Part shown: one piece after another, positions 1 through 10,806 of the stretch
Layout: the number at the start of each line of letters is the position of its first letter
Numbering within the stretch: the first letter of the stretch is position 1
NCBI GenBank assembly: GCA_004431415.1
Contig: QPMI01000058.1
Span: 345,599-409,598 of the forward strand
Direction of reading: 5' to 3'
From: Cyanophora paradoxa CCMP329
Lineage: Eukaryota > Plantae > Glaucophyta
DNA length: 64,000 nt
Made by a program: the position numbers and the translations under genes
The notes under the pieces: model-generated
Seen by the model: only the letters and a program-made list of their open reading frames with translations
Databases searched by the model: none
Told to the model about the DNA's origin: nothing

Positions 1-132
1 GGCATCACTTCGCTCGTCAATCAGAAACACAGATAGTGAGTTTCATCCGTTTGATCGCAGTTTTGCTTAATTTCACTTCGCGAATGCGCTTGGCTTGTCT
101 GTCGACTTTTTTCTGTTCCTTATTTAAAACAA

Positions 133-740
133 ATGCCTTCGGCTTCTAGAAAACTTACAAACTCACCCAATAAAAGAATAATATTGAATTTTTGAGCGGT
201 GATACTGAATCTTATCCTTTAGTTCGTCGGACTGCTGGTGGTGAGGGAGCATCTATCGATTTTGCTCTTACTGCTGACGAAAACGCTATTCTAGATAAGA
301 TCCCAAATTCGCGGACAAAGAAAAGCAAAACTAGTAAACTGAAGGATACTGACGATGGTCCGCTGTATGTATCAGAGACTGGTAATCGTAGCAGATATTT
401 CATAAAAACAGTGACTGGGTTGAAAACAATTTCAAAGAAGCGTGCTGGTGATCTTATTGCTGGTATAGCGGTTGAGACTAAAATGGAAAACAAGATTTTA
501 AACGAACCGATTGTTAAGACCAAAATTGAAAAAAAGCTTTCTCCTCCATCATCTGCTGTTCCTGCTAAGACGATCGTCGCAATCCCCGAGGTGGATGAGA
601 ATGCTAGCGAATTACCTGTAGCAAACACATCGATCTTGCGCATCGCCTCTAGCAGCGCTGATCCTGTCGGGCCGTCGATCGAATACAAACCAATGTTAAG
701 TGGATTCACTAAACTTGGACTACGTCATCGGTGGGAATAA
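133..740 (+). CDS. Terminal hypothetical Lys/Ser/Pro-rich protein of element A (one probable frameshift near 170-190)
   Basis: ORF 192..740. An ATG at 133 follows the virus-type TTTAAAACAAATG context. Positionally equivalent to 21832..22167 in element B. Confidence 0.5.
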
Positions 741-744
741 TTAG

Positions 745-1208
745 CGTCTAGCTAGAACCTGAACTCGAGTATGTAATTAGATTCCGATGATATAGTAATT
801 CGAAATACACACAACTAACGTCTAGAATTGAGCTAAACGTGTTTCCTCTGTTAGCTTCATTGTACTCATTAATATCGTCTAGAATTGAGCTAAACATGTT
901 TTCTCTGTTAGATTCAAAGTACACAAAATTAACGTCTAGCTGTATCTGAAGATTATTCTGAGACCGGCGCTTTGGGGGTCCGCCTAAAATCACTGCTATA
1001 TCTTTTGCAAAATCGATCGGACTAGACGTTAGATACTACCTAGCGGTTGCTGGATGGTTGGTTTGGAGAGGTTGTGGTGGTAGACGTAACGAAGGGATGG
1101 AAGAGAATGTGTGTTGGAAGGCGTTGGAGTGTGTGGGTTGGGGTGGTTTGGAGGAGTGAGGGTGAGAAAGAGGTGGGTGGGCTGGAACCCCCACTATCTC
1201 ATTTTTTT
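745..1208. repeat. Putative right terminal inverted repeat of element A with ~57-bp iterons
   Basis: Tandem copies of CGTCTAGAATTGAGCTAAAC..CTCTGTTAG at ~820-940. Organisation parallels 22174-23339. The partner TIR would lie outside the window. Confidence 0.6.
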
Positions 1209-1286
1209 AGCGTTTAGCTCTATCTAGGCGATAATGATGAGTACATTGAAGCACTTCGTGTCCCAAGAGCGCTCTGGTGCGGCCTC
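1209..1286. repeat. Inner 78-bp remnant of the left TIR of element B
   Basis: Exact reverse complement of 22174-22251. Confidence 0.92.
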
Positions 1287-1434
1287 TGGAGAGAGTAACT
1301 TTTTACATTCACTGTAATTCCTAGCTTGCCATGAGCAGCACCAGTGACATGTTATAAAGGAATAGCACCGCCCTATAGTAACGAGCGGTTGGTTGCGCGC
1401 TTTCTCCGAAAATCTTTTGGAGCGCTATTGTTAA

Positions 1435-4400
1435 ATGGAACGACGGTTTGAGATCGCGCGGCTCAAAGAGCAGATAGCAGGCCAGGCCGAGGTTTTGTAC
1501 AATCGCAGGTTTATTCATGGACAATTTAGAAACAAACTACAGCGCATCAGTGCGAGTGGCTCACGTACGAGACTACCGACACTTCAGAAATACGCATCAC
1601 TTTTGAACGAGCTTTCAACAGTACCAAGACCGCCGAGACCAGTTTCAGCTGCTCGGCTAGAGGTTGCTATTGCTGAGGGTATTGTAGCAGGATTTTCAGA
1701 GCTTCCCGATCCGAGTGTGAGCGAGTTCAGCGAAACTGAAGTTACTGAGGAGGACGGCACAGTGACGACACGTACAGCGCTGAACGGGACATATGCTGAC
1801 TGGGAGTACAGGCCCTCACGTGGAACAGGCCGAGTCACGTCGATGCAGGCACAGATTGAAAATAATGCAAGATTCAGAGCAGGCGCAGTGGCATTTGTAA
1901 GCGTGCAGCAAGAATTAGCGAGTCAGGATCGAATGGGTATAGCTTTACAGGTATCAGGAGTCGGACTCTATCGCAAGCCTAACGAGGACTCAGCGCTTGC
2001 AGTAGTCATTGAGCACAGGAAATTTTACCGCATACTCCCAGGGTCAGACATTGTTGAGGCGATCCGCTCACAGCTGGAGGAGCTAGATACTATTGCGCAG
2101 GAAAAGAGCCGTGATTCTTCCGCCTTCGAGACGTGGATTAAGCTACGCTTTACCGCGATTAGATACTTCAGGCGTATGGGTGGCCGCGGACGCGGGTTTG
2201 TACTTCCGAGCTGGCTTGCACTCAAGCAGGCCTTGATCAATATCAATGCACCAAACAACGAGTGCTTTAAATATGCTGTCCTCGCAGCGCGCAATCCGCT
2301 GGCCCAGGGGTGGATTCGAGACATGCAGGAAGCTATCGGCAGCACGAGGCATCGCTAGATTGTACGATGCTAACGTATCCGACACCACTCGATTCGAAAA
2401 TGTTCAGTAAATTTGAGTGTGCGAATAATGTTAAGCTCTGCGTCTACACGACTGCGCTAGACAAGCAAGACATCGTTCCGATCCACATTAGCGCAGCAAC
2501 GGATGCTATACCGATACTTTACGTGCCAGCAGGCGACGGGAATGATGTGGGACATTATTTGTGGATAAAGAACATATCGCGCCTGTTTGGAAAGCATGGG
2601 TCGAATGCGAAGCACTATTGCTTGGCCTGCCAGTGCGGCTTTGGCTCAGACGAGGCCTTTCAGAATCATCTTAAATACGACCGGTGCCTTGATCGAGATG
2701 AGCACGCCAGGGACGTGCTTCCGAAAAAGGGCGAGCACTTTATAAAATTCAATAGTTTCGAAAAGACGATTCGCCAAAGACTAGTTGGGTATGCTGACTC
2801 GGAAACTATGACTGTACCTGTTTTACAGACCGAGAGTCCAGCAAAGACGAAGCAGCTAGGAGTCCACGCAATAGCGTCGATCGGCTGCTTAGTTATTCTA
2901 AACAAGGGCAAAATCAAGGAACGAATGAAACTGTAGAAAGCGTTGAAAATTCAGAGACGATGCAACAGGAGCAGTTTTGGTTCTCGCATATGGATCACAA
3001 ACTGAGGAGTCTGCAGAAGCATTTGTTGCTTGGCTAGATGAAAAAGAGCCGCAGTTTAAGGGAATCTTGGAGGAGAAAGCGACGATGCAGATTACACAGG
3101 CGCAAGAGCGCTCCTTTCAGGCAGCAGAAACATGCTATATGTGTGGAAGCGAGTTTAAAGAAGTCAAAGATAAAAATCGAGATCACTGCCACGACTCCGG
3201 GCAGTATCTTGGAGCGGCATGCAATGCCTGCAACAGGCGACGAGCAAAAGCTGCCGCCGTGCCAATATTCTTTCACAATGGACGAGGATTTGACTTTCAC
3301 CTATTAGTGAGGGCTTTAGCAGCAGGATATAACCGGCGGAAAGTCGCAGAAAATGCATTCCGAGACGAGGTCGAGCGCAAGTTTCAAGCAAAATACGCAG
3401 GACGTGAGCTGAGTACAGATCATGCAATAAATGCAAAGAAGCGACTTGAGCGTGAATTACGTCCTCGTGAGTTACTGTCGACGAAGTTTGACCAGGTGTT
3501 TCAGAACAGCGAGCGTATGTCACAGTTCACATACGGCATTTACGTTTTCCGTGACTCTGCTCAGCACCTGCAGGGTAGTCTCGATAGCCTTGCGGCTGCA
3601 GTACCTGATGTGAAAAAGAATATCACACGTGCACTACATGAGAGCGAGACACGGTTCAAACTAATGACGCGCAAGGGTGTCTATCCATACAAGTACATTA
3701 CGGGCTGGGATCGTCTTGCAGAGACATCACTACCAGGACGCCGCCAATTTTACAATGAGCTAAAACAGTTGAAGTGCTCTCGTGATGATTATATCCACGC
3801 TCAATCGGTCTGGCGTGAGCTTGGTTGCAGGACAATGGCTGACTATACATTGGAGTACATGAAGACAGACATAGCTCTTCTAGGAGACATATTTGAAAAC
3901 TACCGTGACACGTGTATGGAGACGTATAAGCTGGACCCAAGCTACGTTATGAGCATTCCAGGTTTCTCGTGGCAAGCAGCTTTGAAACACACTGGCCAGC
4001 AACTGGAGCTGTTTCACGAAGGGCAAGAAGATATGCACCGCTTTATTGAGAAAGGGATTCGGGGAGGAATCTCGATGATATCAACACGCTATGCTAGAGC
4101 TAATAATGCCTGGATTGATAAGTACATCGTGGGTCACAGGAAAAAACAGGGCTGGTTACTTTATCTCGATGCGAATAATCTTTATGGACTTTCTATGAAA
4201 CAGAAACTTCCTACAGGGACTTCAAATGGGAGAACATTAGTATTACTACTGATCCTAAACTGTATATCACAGACCTAGATGCAAACGGTCCACGAGGGTT
4301 TGCTTTGGAGGTTGACATGCATTGTCCAGAAGAGATGCATGATTATTTTAGTGATTATCCACTTGCTCCGAGCGTATGTGCATTGTAAAAGAGCACCTAT

Positions 4401-5472
4401 CAGAGGCGCAGCGAAAAACTATTGAGCGTGAAAAACTAAGCGGGATCGAGAGAACGCCAAAGCTGGTTCCAAACCTGTTGCCAAAGAAGAATTATGTTGT
4501 TGATGCACGAGTGCTACAGTTTTATGTGTCGATGGGAATGGTTGTTTCTAGAATACACAGAGTGCTTTCGTTCGAGCAAAGTGCATGGCTAGAGAGCTAT
4601 ATCGATTTGAACACTCTGAAGCGAAAACAGGCAGAATTCCCGTATGAAAAAGATCTTTATAAGCTACTAAATAATGCGGTGTTTGGGAAAACGATGGAAA
4701 ACGTACGCAAGCACTGCAATTCAGAGCTTGTGACAACAGGAGAACGACTAGCGAAAATCAACACAGAGCCGAACCGCTTGAGACAGGTCGCTATCTATGA
4801 CGAAAACTTGGTGTATGTAAATAAGCGAAAGAGCGAATACAAACTCAACAAACCGATCTACTGTGGGTTCACAATCCTTGATCTATCAAAGCTACATATG
4901 TATCGGTTTTACTACCAGGTGCTGAAAGCGCTTTGGGGCGAGCGGCTTAAGCTACTTGGAACAGATACAGACAGTCTCATTATTCAGATTGAGACCGAAA
5001 ATTTATACGAGGACCTTCGCAAAATCAAAAACGAGCTAGATGTTAGTGAATACCCTACGAGTCACCCGTTCTTTGAAGGGATGTCAGAAGACGAAGTGCA
5101 GCGACTAAGATCGATGGGCAAGGTTCCAGGGCTGTTCAAGGACGAGTGTGGCGGCAGACAAATGCTTGAGTGGATCGCGAACCGACCGAAATCGTACTAT
5201 ATGAGCACAGAGGAATCACAAGTGCACAAGTGCAAGGGCGTTAACAAGACGTTCAGCAGCTCGCTGACACGAGAGCGATACTACGACTGCATCTTTGGGG
5301 CATATCATGCAACGTAGATGGAATTCTCGGCTTCAGATCGAAACAGCATCGGATCTGGCTACAGCGGACATCAAAGCAAGCCCTACACCCGCTTGATACC
5401 AAGCGATTCCTGTGCGAGGATGGTGTGAACACCAGGGCGATAGGTCACTATAAAAATCTTTCGAATAACTAA
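1435..5472 (+). CDS. polB: Protein-primed family B DNA polymerase (Polinton type) with endonuclease VII-like insert, split by about 5 frameshifts
   Basis: ORFs 1435..2358, 2310..2936, 2977..4278, 4376..5317 plus a tail to TAA 5470-5472. Motifs: NECFKYAV, GHYLWIKNISRL, YADSET (ExoI), RDHCHDSGQYLGAACNACN, FHNGRGFDFHLL (ExoII), RKGVYPY, RGGIS, YLDANNLYG (A), KLLNNAVFGKTMEN (B), TDTDS (C), KCKGV, DTKR..DG..T.AIGHY. Confidence 0.95.
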
Positions 5473-6401
5473 TGGCACCCTCATTCAAAATCACTGCACC
5501 ACCAGGGGCATATCAAGTCGACATACTTTTCATAGGACGTTTTCGACTATTTGCAGCGATTGAGATTGCAACTCGATTCGCAGTTGTCAGAAAGCTTGAA
5601 GATGCTAAACAGATTCCGAAATTCATCGCTCAGCTGCCTGGGATCTGGGGTTTTTCGGGCGACAACGGCTTTAATACGGCTGCTGTGCGGGCAATGGCCG
5701 AAGAGAATTCATTTTCGATGCACACTGACGTCGCTAAGGATGATCACATATCGAAAGGCGACAAGCTAGGGATCATCGATCGATTCGCACGGACATTGCG
5801 AGCCATGATTCAGGCAGACACAGAGGAACGAGGGTCGCCGAATTTTCTCTCCCGGCTGCCTGCTTTGATCAAGGCATACAATCAAACAAAACACAGCTCT
5901 TTTGGCAGAGAGTATTCACCAGCCTGGATGCGAGATCACCCACAGGTTGCTGCCCAGCTGCACCAGGTGCGTCAACGACAGAACGACATTGAGAGAGACG
6001 CATTGAATCTACCAAAGCCAGGGACTGAGGTGCAGATACTCGAGCCTAAGAGCAGCATCTTTGCGAAGGGAGCTACGAAACCGAGCAAGGAGACGTACAC
6101 AGTCGTGGGGCAGGACAGGAACCGAATAAGGGTCGCAACCAAAGAGGGACAGATATTAAGCCGTAGAATCAAGCCTTCAGAAATTCGAGCCCCGAGACAG
6201 CTTCCGAATCAGTCAAAAATAGAACGAGCTGCGGCTAAGGCAAAGCAAGAGCAACAGCTACGGCGCGAGGGTCTCATTGAAACGAAAAAGTATAGCGGAC
6301 AAAGTCGGCAAGCTCGTGAGCTCAAAAAACTAGAGGTTGCAGGGGAGCCTTCACTGCGATTAGGAAGTAAGGTCGCTGGAAACTATGCCCGCCGCAATTA
6401 G
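5472..6401 (+). CDS. Retroviral-type (rve) integrase of the virus
   Basis: YQVDILF (D1), FSGDNGFN (D2), GIIDRFARTLR (at the usual ERFNRTLK position), YNQTKHSS, SH3-like C-terminal part. Intact 309-aa ORF. Confidence 0.85.
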   Translation: MAPSFKITAPPGAYQVDILFIGRFRLFAAIEIATRFAVVRKLEDAKQIPKFIAQLPGIWGFSGDNGFNTAAVRAMAEENSFSMHTDVAKDDHISKGDKLGIIDRFARTLRAMIQADTEERGSPNFLSRLPALIKAYNQTKHSSFGREYSPAWMRDHPQVAAQLHQVRQRQNDIERDALNLPKPGTEVQILEPKSSIFAKGATKPSKETYTVVGQDRNRIRVATKEGQILSRRIKPSEIRAPRQLPNQSKIERAAAKAKQEQQLRREGLIETKKYSGQSRQARELKKLEVAGEPSLRLGSKVAGNYARRN

Positions 6402-6677
6402 CGACCTAATTTCAGTGCGCCTTCGCTCTCGGTATTTTCGGTCGTTGTCAAGTTTTCGTTCAGGGTGTGCAAGGTTATATTGACGGGAGACAGCAATCTG
6501 CCGCTGCCGGTAATCTGGATTTTCATGGTATCGCTTTCGCTGCAGATCTGCACGTCTTTTGCGTCTCTCTGCAAGTATCTCTGGCGTAACCTCACTACGT
6601 ATGTGCACAGGCTTCTCAAAATTCTTGCGAGGCCTGCCTCGTGGACGGGAAGCAGCCGTGATTTCCGCACTGTCCAT
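6360..6677 (-). CDS. Small basic AT-hook DNA-binding protein
   Basis: RPRGRPRK AT-hook followed by an Arg-rich helix, 105 aa. Confidence 0.6.
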   Translation of the reverse strand: MDSAEITAASRPRGRPRKNFEKPVHIRSEVTPEILAERRKRRADLQRKRYHENPDYRQRQIAVSRQYNLAHPERKLDNDRKYRERRRTEIRSLIAAGIVSSDLTS

Positions 6678-6778
6678 TATGAGTGGGTATGTGATTGATA
6701 TATAGGAAAGAAATTCGAGAAACGTTTATGGCGCGTTCAAATCGAAAAATTAAATCGCAGCGGTTTATATAAAACAAA

Positions 6779-7039
6779 ATGGTCGCAGGAACAATTCGAT
6801 TTGGGAAGTACCGAGGTGAGACTCATTTGAAGGTTGTTTTAACCGATCCGAAATATGCCGAATGGCTAATGTCTTGGGAACATCTTCGTGAGTATGATAA
6901 ACGTGAATTGCAGCGTGCATTTGAGATTTCGCAATTAGAAGATTTGACTTTGCATCAACGACGTCCTACAGTTGAACTACCAGATTTCACAGACGAATTC
7001 GTCTCCCTCCCATCGCATTCTTCAGTTGCGACCCAGTAG
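6779..7039 (+). CDS. Small FGKY-motif protein (DUF3820 / exonuclease X C-terminal-like)
   Basis: IRFGKYRGET....DPKYAEWL. TATATAAAACAAAATG start context. Confidence 0.6.
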   Translation: MVAGTIRFGKYRGETHLKVVLTDPKYAEWLMSWEHLREYDKRELQRAFEISQLEDLTLHQRRPTVELPDFTDEFVSLPSHSSVATQ

Positions 7040-7616
7040 CATTTGGTTCGAAAACATTTGGAGAAGCAGTTTTAACCTCGGCAGAGTCAAGCGATTGCTC
7101 GGCTTTAGCTTTTTCATTTTTCAAATAGCGTAAATCTGGTACGTCCATAGGTCTGTGCTTAAACATCTCGCTTCGCAACATCTCGCGGATCTTAGCTCTT
7201 TCTTGCTTGTCTTTTACATACGATTCGATATTAGCTGATCGAGCCTCGAGATCTCGCAATTTATCTGTTAGTTCCTCGATCTGACTCTTTGATACTGTTG
7301 CTGTCTTGATTTTTGGCCCTGAATAACGTGGTTCAGATGCCATTGCTTGGATAATTCTAGCAGCATCATCATCAATATCGGACTGCATTTCAGTAACAGT
7401 TTTAGCCTGGCTTTGTCGATCGTCAATCGCACTTGCGTTAGCTGCTGCCGACGCAATTGTTTTCGCTACGGGTGCGTTTAGTTTGGGGGTGCTTGCAAGC
7501 TCCCCGCTAGGATTAGCAACAGCTGCGCCTTCAGTCGACCCACTTTCAACTAGTGGTTCAACAACATTAACCTTGCGTCTTTCACGATAACCCTTTTTAG
7601 GAATCCCGCGACCCAT
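6987..7616 (-). CDS. Hypothetical coiled-coil protein with basic N-terminus (possible core protein)
   Basis: 209-aa ORF co-oriented with ATPase and MCP. TAAAATAAGATG start context. Confidence 0.55.
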   Translation of the reverse strand: MGRGIPKKGYRERRKVNVVEPLVESGSTEGAAVANPSGELASTPKLNAPVAKTIASAAANASAIDDRQSQAKTVTEMQSDIDDDAARIIQAMASEPRYSGPKIKTATVSKSQIEELTDKLRDLEARSANIESYVKDKQERAKIREMLRSEMFKHRPMDVPDLRYLKNEKAKAEQSLDSAEVKTASPNVFEPNATGSQLKNAMGGRRIRL

Positions 7617-7625
7617 CTTATTTTA

Positions 7626-8366
7626 TTAAGATAATATTTTAAAACGCCTTTTTTTAGAGATAACAGGTAATTCTTTTTTAGACTCTTCTTCTTGTTTTAG
7701 CCATTTAGAGAAACGAAAACTCTTATCTTCGACGGCTTTATCAACGTACCAGGCAGTATCATATTTAGTTCCATCCAAAACTAAGCACTGATAATCGTGC
7801 GCCCAAGTCTCGAACAAGGCGATGAACTTATCCTTTGGTAGGTGTGAAAAGTCTCGATAAATTGCCTCCAGTTCAGTATGATTAGAGTAACTGAAGAAAA
7901 AACAATAGTCGGAGTTCGATCTTATAGATTGACTCAATGCTGTAAGCTTTTGCGACATTAAAATCGTAGAAATGCAAAAATGGCGGCACTGCATAAAAAG
8001 TCGATTAACAACCTTGCTGTTTCGAAGATCAACAGTTTCAGATGCAGCAACAAGATCGTCCAATACAAGTAATATCTGCGGCGCTTTCTTTTTGTTTTCG
8101 ATTAGAGCGCGCTGTGAATCAATGATTTCTGCAACAATGGCAGGTTGAAAATCATCGTAAAGCTCTTTTGTTATTGCTTCGTATTCACCATTGAATTTGG
8201 TGGCCGTAAACACAACCACTCGATTAATCTTTGGATATAGCAGTCGAAGCAGATGCTTTGTGCAATAGAACGATTTGCCACTATTAGATTTCGATATAAA
8301 CAGGGCTTTAAAAGGGACCCTCATATCGCTAGGCTGGAACTTTGCGAGCTCTTGAGACCCATCCAT
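7626..8366 (-). CDS. A32-like (FtsK/HerA superfamily) genome packaging ATPase
   Basis: Walker A-like SKSNSGKS, Walker B LLVLDD, CRH motif, ILMSQ..L...IRSN. Confidence 0.92.
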   Translation of the reverse strand: MDGSQELAKFQPSDMRVPFKALFISKSNSGKSFYCTKHLLRLLYPKINRVVVFTATKFNGEYEAITKELYDDFQPAIVAEIIDSQRALIENKKKAPQILLVLDDLVAASETVDLRNSKVVNRLFMQCRHFCISTILMSQKLTALSQSIRSNSDYCFFFSYSNHTELEAIYRDFSHLPKDKFIALFETWAHDYQCLVLDGTKYDTAWYVDKAVEDKSFRFSKWLKQEEESKKELPVISKKRRFKILS

Positions 8367-8386
8367 CAAAAAGATAGTCGGTGAAA

Positions 8387-9774
8387 TTAGAGGTTCACCT
8401 TACGAAGACCCGCAGCATCAACAATTAGTACAGTGTGAAGGAGAGCTCGAACCTGGACGTAAATCTTGTTGTTTGCATCGTATGCAGCAGGGTTCATAAT
8501 ATTCAGGAAGCAGCTGCTGGAGTTCGTCAGATCTACGAAACCAGTTTGAGCAGCATTTCGAATCGATTTATCCCCACTAATGCAAAATGGCAAACCAGTC
8601 AGAACATACCGATTAAGAGGCGCGTCTAGATTGGAGCACTTGAAGACATCAGCGATGAGTTCGGCACCTTGCAGGAGAGGAACGGGCTCATTTGAATAAA
8701 GTCTCTGGCCATTCAATTCGCAGGAAATAGTAATATCGCGAGCATTAGCCTCGGTTTTGAGGACACTGTGTTTTCCATCAGTTTGGTTCATGTTTGGCTG
8801 CTTGCGAATGCTAACGAACAGGCCGTAGCAAAGTCCACTGATTTGAGACAGATTAATCCGGGTGGGCGCTCCCGCACCAGCATAAGTAATTGAATCAGCA
8901 TCAACCCAGCCGACATCGGTAGCGGGAATTGCGATTCCAGACGTTTTGACTTTCTCAATCACCTGGGCAAAAGTGGCCTCATCAACGTTGATGCAATGAG
9001 CAATAATCTTTGGATTCGAAAGCTCCGGATTGGCAGGGGTGACACTGAGAACATTGGGAGTTATATTCTGGCCGATGTTTGCAGGGGATGCAGCAGCAGC
9101 TCCCACGCTCCCAAGTCCATCTTCTTTAGAAGCATCACCGCCTATGGCATATTCTGTTACAAACCTACCACCATAGCTGGTTTCGACGAAGCCCTGGGCA
9201 CGATCACGGAACCAAACCTCGACGGAAACCTCGCCAGATAGAGCACCAATCGGAAGCACAGAACCCTCCCAGGGACAGGGGATTTTTACACTGAAAATAC
9301 CTCCAGTGCGATTGCTCCCCTGAGGTGGTGTTCCATGGAGCCAGCCACCGGATCGGTACTTCTTTTTAAGCTGAGCATCATCATTGTAAATCAGTGCGCT
9401 GTGAACAAGCCAGTCCTCGGGACAATGTAGCTGTAGGAAGCATATTTGATTTCGATTCGCTTTACGAGAGCACCAACCGATCGCAAATAACCAGTGCGAA
9501 CCAGGTCAGTGTCACCAGTAAATGCTGTCAGCTCGGGAAGGGTAAACTGGAGTTCGAGTCCCTGAAGGAAATTGTATCGGGGCAGGAAATAAGTAACCCT
9601 CTTTCCGAAGCAGTCTCCATAGTCATTGCTTGGGTTGACAACAACACGAACAGGCTTGGTTTGGCTCGTTAGACCTAACATAAGCTCGTTGTTCATGAAG
9701 AAGTCCTTCGCTTCCTGAGGTGTGGTGAGGAGCTCTTTGAGGCCGAGCCGCTGCAAATTCTGAGTAACATCCAT
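8387..9774 (-). CDS. Major capsid protein, double jelly-roll (frameshifted near 9260-9430)
   Basis: N-terminal FGKRVTYFLPRYNFLQGLELQFTLPEL resembles the NCLDV/PLV MCP start. Beta-rich ~460 aa, LPIGAL..V.VEV.F and G.VDL.N segments, adjacent to the ATPase. Confidence 0.75.
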
Positions 9775-9825
9775 CGAAGTATATAATTGCAGTGAAAGAA
9801 AATAATTCTGCCGCTTCACCAAGAC

Positions 9826-10779
9826 TCAGTTTGACGAATTGATCCAAGGATATGTCTTTGACCTTTTCTGGAGCTGAAGTTTTGCAAGTTCGTAAACAAC
9901 ATCACCATTGGGTTCGTCAGGACCATAACGAATTTCGAGAATAAATGACACAGGAGCTCCATTTAAATCAGCGATTCGCTGCATAAAATCGTAAATCTCA
10001 ATAGTCACAGAGTAGAGGTCCAGCTTTGAATAAACATACTTATACAAAGGAGTTGCTTCAGTTGAATCATAGTAGGCTGTTTCGCCTGGACGGAGGGCGC
10101 TGGAATGCTGAGCTTTGAGAAAAAGCCAGGAATTGAAGTATTGGGCATACTGACAAGGTCACCAATTTCAGGAATGCGAAGTAGCACATGATCATCGGGA
10201 GTGACATCGGGTTCATAAGCGCCTTCTATATATTGAATATCGACAGTTAAAGCCTTAGACCGAATCGGTAGAATTGATCGCAAGCCTAGCAGCTTTGCAG
10301 TTCGCTGAGCCCTAGCAACAGCCTGGTAGTTTCTGATTTCCCGCCCACCAGGTTCGGTGCCAACATCAGAGCAATAAAGAACTCGAAGCTAGCTGTGAAC
10401 CCTATTGATTTAACTGCTGAATTATACGTGCACGTGATACCAGTCCCCGTCAACCTTTCGTTTATCTTTGTCACAAGCGAGGTGACGTCGTAATTTCCAG
10501 GTGGAATTGTAATGTTATTCCAGGCTCCAAAACCTGGCTGAGGTGGGTCTGGTCCTCATTTGCAGGATCATATTTGCACCAATATATATACGTGTCAAAC
10601 ACTAAATCCTCTGCTGGATCGAGTGCATCAACTGTGCTCATTGTGTTGGGGATCTCAGCAGATACCAGGCGCACGGCTTTTACATCCTGATAAACTTTAG
10701 GCAGTCTTACTTTAAATTTTGAGGTGGATGTCAGCTCATCCGCTTGGTGGCTTGCAATGCAGACGTAGTCCGTCGGCAT
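9826..10779 (-). CDS. Minor capsid (penton)-like protein 1, frameshifted
   Basis: ORFs 10471..10824, 10286..10474, 10005..10283, 9826..10047. N-term F.V.LP..Y.DV.AVRLVSAEIPN, C-term VTIEIYD...ADLNGAPVSFILEI. Confidence 0.7.
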
Positions 10780-10806
10780 CTTTTTTATATCAGTTAGAGA
10801 ATAAAA

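Larger units (their letters stand above)
1..1208. mobile_element. Right end of a second endogenous Polinton-like virus (element A), truncated by the window edge
   Basis: AT-rich, intronless. Last gene is followed by a region with the same iterons (GAGCTAAAC..TTTCCTCTGTTAGCTTCA..GTACTCAT..TCGTCTAG), TAGACGT motifs, G/T-rich tract and terminal CT[A/C]TCTC[A/G]T7 as the right end of element B, but with divergent sequence. Confidence 0.75.

Noticed and set aside
1-1208. Treating 1-1208 as the left TIR of element B
   Set aside because: It is in the same orientation as, and divergent from, B's right TIR, so it is the right end of a different element.
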